A stretch of 64,000 nucleotides of DNA, taken from positions 2,765,927-2,829,926 of the forward strand of contig OZ316898.1 of NCBI GenBank assembly GCA_973895155.1, read 5' to 3'. The notes below the pieces were generated by a model. It searched no databases. It worked only from the letters and a program-made list of their open reading frames with translations, and was not told the DNA's origin. The DNA comes from Marsupella aquatica. Lineage: Eukaryota; Plantae; Marchantiophyta. The position numbers and the translations under genes are program-made. Shown piece by piece: positions 1 to 9,069 of this stretch. Positions within the stretch are counted from its first letter, which is position 1. Each line of letters begins with the position of its first letter.

Positions 1-720
1 TACAGGAATGGAACGTTAGCGATTCAGCCTGTACAGGGGTGGCAGAGTTCGACTAGAAGAATGCGGGGTTTTGTTCTACACGCCCGCGTTGTTCGTAACG
101 TTTCCTTTTCACTGACAACCTGCATCCAGGAATTTGCGTCCTCTCGTCGAGTCAGCAAACAACTGACTCCGTTCGACTGTTAGAGATACGATCTTCTGGG
201 CAGTCATTCCTATCATTAGTTCTGATTGGAAAGCAAGAGACGTACGCATCTCGTAAATTACTCGAGATAATGTGGCTCGCACGGGAAACTTAATCTATTC
301 GGAGTTGAATAGACCTTTTTCAGCTACCCTGGCGACAAAGTCTTCGTTGTGTTGCATTTGGTGCTAATTTTGTTGTACTATCCTACTTTTGCATATGAAA
401 TGTTTCAATTCCTTCTCTTCAGAATATGACAGAGTTTGAGTCTTTGTTAATTATTGTACGACTCCAGACTACTTGTCATCAGTGGATTTGGAAGATTTAA
501 GTGCAGCACTCAAGGTTCCAAATGTTGTACGTAAATCGCGTTCTCTATGGAAGTTGCAGAAGAGAAAAGCAAACAATAAACTAACAAAACATTTAGCAAA
601 CAGTGAGAGATGACAATGAAACATACTGGCAACAAAGAAGACGAAAAACACTCAATTGCATACACAGTGTATCTGTCAGTAGCTTCGTTGCTTGCCAGGT
701 AAGTGGAACTCTTCATCTTT

Positions 721-1300
721 CAGGAACAAAACAACACTAGTTTAGAAAGACCAAGAACTTGCTTCGATGCATCAATGGCAGATATACTGCCATAGTAAAC
801 GATTGTGGAAGTGTGGCTCCATGTCCTTCTCTCTACTCATCTTCTGTGATACCTTCGGAGCGTGTCACGTGACTTATCTTTCACCACCCCGCCGGAGCAG
901 TAACGCGTTGCCTATCTTTCCGTACTTCAACATCGAAGCCGCAGTCGAACGAGTCGCAGCTCTGGGAGAGATTTTACGCACGGTTGATTCGTTTCTCTGT
1001 AGATCTTATCCACATTCTGAACCGAGAACTTACTAGATGCTGACACTCTCGGCCAAACCACAGAAGCAAATGAACGACAAGCTTTGTACAGAAGATTACA
1101 CCACGAATGACTCTTGTGACCTACAACGATCAACCCCGAAGCGTGCCCTGACAGAAGAACTAAGTTTCCGTAGAACCCAAGGGCAGACACACAATTATCG
1201 AAAGTAAGTTTGTCATCAGACAGCGCGGAGTTCAACTTGGAAAGCCACCCTATCTGAATTCTCAACTGGCTGCTGTAGTCGAATAATCAAACTGCCTTGC
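721..1300 (-). pseudogene. Degenerate non-coding duplicate of the yippee locus (3' flank plus intron) with exon 2 deleted
   Basis: 721-967 aligns to 13914-14165 (e.g. tagaaagaccaagaacttgcttcg; gataccttcggag..tgtcacgtgact). 968-1030 aligns to 15021-15090 (gagattttacgcac.gttgatt). 1035-1300 aligns to 15644-15935 (agattacacc.cgaatgactcttgtga; tagaacccaagggca). Same orientation. Confidence 0.85.
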
Positions 1301-2041
1301 TTGACATTTTCAACTTCTCGAACCCCACATTTTCACTGCAATCGAGGTCGTCGAAAGTGATAATAGAACCGATAGTCACGGATCGATTGGGTGGCGACCA
1401 AAAGTCAGAATGCAGTCGAAAGATCGTCCCATAGCAATATTGGAGAATTTGTTTATTTCATCGCGTTATCTTTACATGTAGTGTTCAGGAACTTGAAAGG
1501 CATCCAACACACGACGAAACGACTAGATGGTGGCCGCGAAGTACAGTAACATACCGGACTATGCTTCTATATATGAAGTACGTTGGGGGTCAGGTTGTTT
1601 CAAATCACCATAAACTGTGCCAATCTACTCTATCTGAGTAGCTAACAGTTTACCGAAACCCCAACTCGCGTGTCTTCCGGATACTCGTGGCTAGGGTCTC
1701 CTCGGTCGATAGTATGAGCAGACTGAGCTTTCCAGGTCCAACGCTTGAAGAACGTCGACCATCTCTGCTCACACACTGCATATAACGTGGTCATAGGGCA
1801 ATCCTACGCCAGCTCGAGTATTGCGCCAATACGAGGGCGAGGCACCTGGCAGTGTCGAGGAAGGACGGCGTAACGTAGTGGAGAATGAAAATTGAACATC
1901 GTATAGAGGCTCGAAACGGATCACCGAATGACCTTCGGTAAGTGAGAACAATTCTATCCCGAGCCCATTGAAGCCGGCCAGAGATACTGATCCAACCCTC
2001 AGTCGGAAGTCTGTCCAGACATGAGATCGACACAGCCTGGC

Positions 2042-2896
2042 TTACCAGAATCTCGTCTGCTTGAAACATTCTCTGCCTTGCCTCAAAATTTCGGAGGGCG
2101 AAGCAGTCCCTATCACTGTCACCTTTTGCTTGGCCTGGTCGCAAGTAACGGACTCCACACCTTCCAAGGCAAGCATGTGATTGGTAATCCTCTCTTCGCA
2201 CGCTTCACAGCACAAGGGGACCTGCAATTTTACCGCCTCCGTATACCTGCTGCTGCTGTAAGGGCTCGTGGTTCCGTAGGCAGATTCATAAGATCGAGGA
2301 ATGGTGGCTACACTTGCTCCGTGGTAGAGCTCCGTCGAAGAGTAGCCGGGAACGCTTGACGGAGAATAGGCGGGTACTGCCACAGCATAGCCGGGAGCTG
2401 ACGAAGAATAGCCGGATGAGTACCCGTGTCTACTAGATCTCCCGTAGTCCGGGCCGTAACCTCTCTCATAGCCATCCCGAGCAGTGTAGCCGGATTCCTG
2501 TGGGTACCCGGTGTAATCCTCTTTGAACTTTGTGTGTAATTGGCTTTCGTGATAGCTCGATGGAGGAGACTGTGAGTCCCTCCTGTGAAACAACTTCGAT
2601 AAGCCTGAGCGCTCGGGAGATCTGCCATAACCATACGAGGAGCCCCGGTAGTCGGAGTAGTCATATCCGCTGCGTCTACCGCGTGGGGGAGACTGCGACG
2701 ACCTCCTGTGCCCGTACCAGGAGGACGCATGGTGATTGGATCTAGAAGGAGGTGGCGATGCCGAGGACCTGAAGTTGCGCGAATCTTGTCTGGAGAGGTA
2801 GCCTCTCCGGACCTGCGTTCGCGAGCGTTCGGGCTCGGCAATGACCATCACCGGCTCCTCTTTGCCAGTGTAAAACAAGTCCGACACAGACAACAT
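2042..2896 (-). CDS. Heavy-metal-associated (HMA) domain protein, HPP type (no CaaX), 284 aa, with a long S/R/Y/G-rich N-terminal region
   Basis: The C-terminal ~65 aa (VKLQVPLCCEACEERITNHMLALEGVESVTCDQAKQKVTVIGTASPSEILRQGRECFKQTRFW) match the plant HMA fold with a CxxC metal motif and the KVTVxG strand. Single coding exon. Likely 5'UTR intron 2917-3619 (CAG|GTGTGT donor, TGCAG acceptor 20 nt upstream of the ATG). Confidence 0.88.
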   Translation of the reverse strand: MLSVSDLFYTGKEEPVMVIAEPERSRTQVRRGYLSRQDSRNFRSSASPPPSRSNHHASSWYGHRRSSQSPPRGRRSGYDYSDYRGSSYGYGRSPERSGLSKLFHRRDSQSPPSSYHESQLHTKFKEDYTGYPQESGYTARDGYERGYGPDYGRSSRHGYSSGYSSSAPGYAVAVPAYSPSSVPGYSSTELYHGASVATIPRSYESAYGTTSPYSSSRYTEAVKLQVPLCCEACEERITNHMLALEGVESVTCDQAKQKVTVIGTASPSEILRQGRECFKQTRFW

Positions 2897-2983
2897 CTTG
2901 GCGATTGTCTGAAACTCTGCAGTTCAAGAGCAGTAGCCACGCACGGAACTCGATTCTGGACGCACAGCAAAGAAACTTTAGGA

Positions 2984-3560
2984 AGATCGAGACAACAGGA
3001 TTGATAGAGTGCTATGATTAACCAAACAGCTCAGAATGATGTGCTCAAGTTCAGTGCTTTCTTCTGCGTAATCGTGGACTTTAGACATTCACTCGGTCCA
3101 TAGCCACAACGAAGAACAGAACCACAGACCCAAATCGAGACGACAGGAATACAATATACCGTGCTTCAACAAGACAACTCAGAATGGTGCTCACAATCAA
3201 GGCACTCCTCTACAGATCGGCTTCACAAATTCACTCGGTCCACAGCTGCAACGAAGAACAGGACCACAGTGCCAGATCGTGACAACAGGAATACAAAACA
3301 CTATGCTTCACAACACAAAACAGCTCAGAATGGTGCTCACAATCAAGTCACTCTTCTCCTTAACTATGGGCTTCGCACATTAACTCGGTCTACAGCCGCA
3401 ACGAAGAATAGAACCACAAAACGAGGATCGAGACAACAAGAGTAAAAAATGTATGCTTCAACAGAATAGCTCAGAATGATGCTCATTCAAGGCACAGTTC
3501 TGCACATGGGCTTCACACAATCACACGGTCCACAGCCGCAACGGAGAACGGCACCACAGA
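2984..3560. repeat. Degenerate tandem array, about 4 units of ~142-151 bp, inside the predicted HMA 5'UTR intron
   Basis: Anchor gatcg(a/t)gacaacagga at ~2984, 3133, 3275 and 3426. Each unit also carries ctcagaatg(g/a)tg..ctca and cactcggtc.acagc.gcaacgaagaa. Confidence 0.9.
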
Positions 3561-4139
3561 ACAGACGAACACTTCAAAGCTCGAGGGAAGAATCCAAAGG
3601 GCGAAATGATCACACACACCTGATTGCTGGGAGCAGGGAACGGAGGACGAGCAGCAGGTGCGCGAATTGAGTCCACCACAAAAGAAGGAAAGACGGATTC
3701 CACATCGCCGATCCATTTAATAAGACCGTCTTGAAGAAATCCTGTCCTACTCCAGTACAGTAGGGGACCATCAGGTTCACCCAAAAAAACAATTAATATA
3801 ATTATTGTTTATTTCAGTCATGGGACAAAGTTTTCAGGTAGTGTTTGTACACAGTGGAAAAAATTTCCAACACGTTTTTTTTTAAATATTCTAAATTTTA
3901 TCGTGTAAACGTCTCATATATGTTCCATATATTATCATTGTGTATATTATTTTTAATTGTTTTTAAGAATATTAAGCCTTGATGGGCTGAGAGATTGCTC
4001 TGAAACTCCCATGAATTTTCAAAGATGCTATGGATTGACTTAGACTATCCAAAATACTTGGATAGCACTCTCTACAATTCCACTGATGTGTGACCTTAAC
4101 TGACTGCTGATCATGTGCAACTCGTTTCCATTAGTTTAT

Positions 4140-4500
4140 GCGGTAGTAAGCCATTGTTCATGCACAAACCACTCACAGCGTCCTTTACAAAAAGTCAAGC
4201 ATCCTTCTTCAAAATTGTAACTCGCTACTCGTGGCGTCCATCACAAAGTGCAATGTCCTTCTCCAAACTAAGTGGTAAGTCATTGTTCATACACAAACTA
4301 TTCAAGGCATACTCTACAAAAATGAAACTTTGTTAGCAATTGGTTTACAATGTTTGCTCTCATTGATAATGGAGCAAATGATTTTTAAAAAATCTCAAAC
4401 TTTGTCTAGATTGGACATTAGAGAACATTCAGAAGAAATTTGAGTTTAAACAGAGGTCAAAAAATTGTGCAGATAAATGGAAAAGGGTGTCAGACACTGG
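4140..4500 (+). mobile_element. Dispersed repeat relic encoding a Myb/SANT(trihelix)-like fragment; other copies at ~12420-12700 (+) and ~49840-50130 (-)
   Basis: Shared DNA (tagattggacat.aga.aa...aaatttgag...a.agag.tc.aa...cagataaat). 4409-4495 translates to DWTLENIQKKFEFKQRSKNCADKWKRVSD, resembling the W..I....R...C.DKW signature. Confidence 0.5.
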
Positions 4501-6139
4501 ATGCACAAGTTTGTAAAAAAAAAACAGCATTTTGCAGTTGGTCCTAGCTACCTCAAAAATGAAGCATCCTTCCAAACCTTTCCTTGGGGTGTCAAAAACA
4601 AACCCTTCCATCTGTCCTGACTGTTTCTAAAGTAAAAATGAAACATAAATAAACGGCGGGCAAGTTTCCTGACAAAGTAAAGAATCATTGCAAATTTCCC
4701 GAATTTTAGGCACCGCTCTGAAACTTGGAACACAATGCATATCCATATTGTAGTAATATTCCAGCCATTTTTTCGTAAAACGCTGATGTATCAGAGTACA
4801 CCTTATTCTTGAAGTAAAACAACAAAAATAAAGTTCAGGTATATTCCAAGCATTTTGGTGCACAACGCCGATGTATCCATACGCGAGTTATCCTCATCAA
4901 AGTAAAGCACCGCAGTATGCATATATTACTCACAGCATGTGCCATAATTCGAACAGACAAAAGTATTCAGCACGGCATGGGCGAACCGATCCTCGCGAAC
5001 TGATCGCCCCTACGTGACTGTACCCGGCAGTAGGAGCGTCCCGTCAGCACGTTTATCCCGTGGCCAGAGCGTCACCAGCCACTCAGCCAGTCGATTGTCC
5101 ATTTGTCCAGCTACGGAATTAACAAGATGGCCGCTCGGTGTGCGCAATCAAAGTACAGGGCAGGTTTTCCGTGCGCGCCATTCTCTTCCCGTCAGTCTCC
5201 TCAAGAGCGGTGTTTCCTCTTTTACTTTGGGCAGGTGGCACTTATTGCGAGTTGAAAATGTTGTAATCATACTTTGACCGTTAGATGAAAGTAATATTAG
5301 ATCTTGACCGTTCATTCGGAGAATAAGTCTCTGGACGTCTTTTTTAAACCTAGGTCTATCATTATTGGCAAAGCCCTCGTAGCAAATGTGCTAATTTTTC
5401 GCACGGAAAGGACACCTTTCCAGTGACCAACTTCCTACCTTCGGCTTTCTTTTTGTTATAAAGTGTACCGTTCGAAGCAAAGTACAGGCCAGGATATTAT
5501 TTTAGGGGGCTACGTAGGCCCGCCCACGTGGAAGCCTCTGGTGAGCCCTGTGGATTAGGGAAGGTTTTTCGCAAATCAATCGGTGTGAGGGAGAGGAGTG
5601 GGACAGGTGTAGCCTTGGGGGTCATAGGACTGGGACAACCATGACATGCGGGGATATGGTAACCAAGTTGATATCTAAATACTTTTTTAATTTCCATGTG
5701 TGCAAGTGGTGATATTAAGATTTTTAAAATTCACCTATGTGTGGCAAAGGGTACCTTTTGTTAGGGAGGAGGTGCTAAGCATATTCCTTATGTCAATTTC
5801 TTATACTAGCTCCTGACCCTTAGATCTTGGTATATTAAAGGAGAACCGTCACAATGTGACTTTGTAGACCTTGTGTTTTGTAGACCCTGTGTTGTGATGA
5901 GAATCTGGTGATTGGGACTTAGAAAAAGTGGCGGATTATAGCCAGAAGTAGCAAATGATTTTGATGAAGGTGGAACTTGGCAAATCTTTGTCACTAAAAG
6001 ACCCCATGGTGGTTGCCATTGCTGCAAGTTCAGAGTTACCAACTTAGAGCATCTGCACCACGCTCTCTCTTAGTCACCAAACCAGAATAATCACCTAAAA
6101 ATGGAGGCAATTGTATTCTTTTGGGTTTGTGAACGCTGG

Positions 6140-6725
6140 CATATTCTCCTCCCTGGGGACAGTGTCCCTGGCCAACGATGTTATCTTCTCTTGGGCAGGA
6201 GTTTAGTCCATTTGAGATGTGGTTGTGGCTGATCCCATTAGGGCAAATCACTTTGCTATTGCGAGCATCTATATGGTCATGCAAAGACAAAGGTAACTTG
6301 GCTCAAAGATAAAGTACATGTTGCTCGGTATGCAAGGGATTTGTTTAACCCCTTAGCCCCTAGGTTGTTGGAGGTCTCTATGCATTCTTTTGGCATCTTG
6401 TCTCTATTTTCCCTGAGAGAGCCCAGGCGAGCCCAGGCAGTTACTATTGAGAGGAGGGTTGGGGCCGTTGGGTATAGGGATCTAGAGCTTCCACTTTGTG
6501 ACCCTCCGTGATGTTTACACGCTTTACCAAGCATTTGAGCGTAGGGTAGAGTAGGGGTTTAAGTCTTATTTTGCACCTTGGATCTTGTGCCTTCCTTTGG
6601 ACGGTGGCCTACCCTATGTGACTTTTGGTTTTGTTTTTTCCCCTTTATTGAGCCTTTCTGCCTGAGCATGAGTGTCTCCTAGTTGGGTACCCTTCGTGTT
6701 TTTGCCAGCGATTTATATTTTATAG
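6140..6725 (+). mobile_element. Decayed CRE/R2-group (RLE) non-LTR retrotransposon 3' fragment, subfamily B
   Basis: Interrupted translation gives ANDVIFSWAGV*SI*DVVVADPIRA, then DLFNPLA, then RAQAVTIERR. This is colinear with RVDLTMVREGHRTLADVVVVNPLH / FLPLALE / RAQARTVYRR of the 30258 copy. A T-rich 3'UTR follows. Confidence 0.65.
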
Positions 6726-6770
6726 TTCTTTCTCGGCTTGAAAGATCTGGAGCTGGTGGGCAGGACAGTA

Positions 6771-7040
6771 GTACCATCCAGGTTCCCGAGAAAAAAAAAC
6801 AATTATTTAAATTTTGGGCCTGACTGACACAAACTTGAGAGTACTTGCTGAGCCACAATAGAATTTTGTGATGTAAATTTTACCAAGATTCTGATCATCT
6901 TGATGTAAACATTAACTTATGTACTGGTATATATATTATTTTAAAATTAAAAACCTAAATAATATTTTTGCATTGACTTATTTCTTGGAATTAAATATAA
7001 TTCTTATTCCGTGCAGGTCCTGTTCAAACCGGGATAGCAC
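6771..7040. mobile_element. Tc1/mariner-type MITE (TA-flanked, ~12-bp imperfect TIR gtgctatcccgg); relatives at 18648-18856 and a left end at ~3760
   Basis: TA|gtaccatccagg ... ccgggatagcac|TA. AT-rich interior; tagaattttgtgatgtaaattt is shared with 18705. The left end matches 3758-3800 (accatc.aggttc.c..aaaaaaacaatta). Confidence 0.6.
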
Positions 7041-7263
7041 TAAGGTATATCAAACTGTCTTTTGGTGTTAGCATGCATCCGTCCATGAGGTGTTTAGGGT
7101 GACTATAGGGGCCTTTTTTTATTTTATTTTAAAGGGTTCCTTTGCCGGCTCCATCCGCGTAATTCCATCAATTTGACTTTCCTGTTTGTCCTTGCCTTTC
7201 CTTCCCTTCATGTCCTCAGTCCTTTCTCTTAGAATCCAAAAAAAAACCCGATGGCATATTCTG

Positions 7264-7640
7264 TTTTTTTTTTTTTTATAAACAGACTTATTTAGTTTGC
7301 AATAATAGTCCTCAATCCTTTGGGACATTCCATTGCCTTCACATCCATCCCTGTTCGCATCATATCCAGCTTCGTTTTGGAGATTTCATCCAATCCAAGA
7401 CTTCTAGAAGTGGTTGTTTGGGAAGGACTCGAGCACACTTGCTTAGGATGTTTCAATATCATCATAATGTGATTCAAGTAACAGCAGCATAGGCATTGTT
7501 TGATGATGGTCTATAACACCTATGTGCGGGACTCAACCAGAGTCCCTATTCCTCAGTCCAAAAAAGTTTCCAGCTTGCTCCACAGCTGTTTCCCCTCAAG
7601 GAAAAGTGCCTCAGCCCCCCCAAAAGGACAGCCTTGATAG
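7264..7640 (-). mobile_element. Possible LINE 3'-end relic
   Basis: Poly(T) run at 7264-7277 (a poly(A) tail on the minus strand) preceded by decayed coding-like sequence (LFLEGKQLWSKLETFL). Weak. Confidence 0.3.
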
Positions 7641-8185
7641 TGACAATTGTTTGACAAAGTGCTTGGATGGACTTACAGAATCCCAATAGACACAAACCAA
7701 ACATTAAATTGTACTCCCGTATGACTATTCTACACTTTTTTCCAGTACTTTGCTCTTGTTTTGATACACCCTGGAAGAAAATTCAGTCATTTCTAAAATG
7801 GTGGAGCCAAGAACACAATCAGGAAGCCATCTGAACTCTAGGTCAAATGAGAAACATGAAAATAACATGAACAGGAAAAACTAAGACTCAAGACACCAGA
7901 ACAACAGAGCCCAAAGGTCGGGAACAATCCACACTGGAAAAATTCTGTCATTTTCGTTGACGCAATTGTGAAAGAAAACTGAATGTGTCCATAACTAGGC
8001 CAAGCCCATTTTTCTTAGGCACGTTAGGGTGGGTTCCCACCTAAAAGTTATCTTATAAACTAATCTTGTTATATGAAAAGAAAACAGGCCCATTGTTTGC
8101 CGTTGGCCGCGGTCCGCTTCCGTCTGGGTGGCCTTTGTCCCCGGGTGGCAGCGGTTCTTTGGGCGGTTGCCTCCCCTGAAAAAAA

Positions 8186-8215
8186 AAGGCCCAGGGTTCT
8201 CACGGGCTAAACTAG
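8186..8215 (+). mobile_element. Helitron-like 3' terminus
   Basis: GC-rich imperfect hairpin gcccagggttctcacgggc followed by taaaCTAG (8212-8215). The next base is C rather than the canonical T. Confidence 0.4.
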
Positions 8216-9017
8216 CACACATAGTTAAATCTCATAACTAAAAGCACTAATAATCACTGGTTAGTGTCTATCGTTCTGCGAGTACTTAACTAAAAAGTTA
8301 AGTGCCAAAAAGCTTGGAACTTTACTTTTGAGAACATGTTTCACCCCAACAGTCCAATAACTTCTTGTCGTGGCGGGAGGGGTGGCGGGGTCAACCTCTG
8401 TGCGACACAAGCAGCGGGGAGTCTGTTATTGTCATGCGGGGACTGTTTAGCTCAGTGTTGTCTTGTGAAGATTCCATAAGCACTTATTGCTGTGCATTTG
8501 CCATCACCACTACTCCCATTCCCGACTCTGAACAATCAGCGAGACCTCAAAAGCCCAAAATTGGACTGAACCAGAACTTGTCTTGCTCAAGCTAAGAAGA
8601 CAGACTGAGTTGGAATTGGATATCGATAGCATTATTTGGCCAGTGAAGTTTCCTTTCAAGTGTGCTCGTTATCATTTTTCTCTTACAAAACCTTTTACTC
8701 GTGACCCATTCAAGCCGCCCTCAATCAGCCCTCAATCAAATTTGTGTGGAGAAAATTGAATCCTTCATATGGTTTATGTGTATTAGCAATATATTTTGTT
8801 ATTTTTCCCTCCCTCATTCTCACCCCACTTTTCTTTTCCCTTCTCTTTCATATGATTGGTTTGATGGGGCTCATCCAAAAGTTTTGGGAATCAATTTTCT
8901 TCAAATTTGTATAGTGAATAGGGCCCCAAGCTATGCAGCACCATAAAAAGTCTTAGCCCCAGTCCATAGCCATAAAAAGTGCAGATTTGTATGGGAGTTG
9001 TCGCTGGCAATGATAGA

Positions 9018-9069
9018 GGCATTGAGTTATTTGCTCGTGGAGTGGCATTGAGTTATTTGCTCGTGGAGT
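9018..9069. repeat. Perfect 26-bp tandem duplication
   Basis: ggcattgagttatttgctcgtggagt x2. Confidence 0.9.

Noticed and set aside
2984-3560. CRISPR-like interpretation of the tandem arrays (also 25880-26260 and 51890-52430)
   Set aside because: Eukaryotic context, no unique spacers and no cas genes. The units are homologous throughout.
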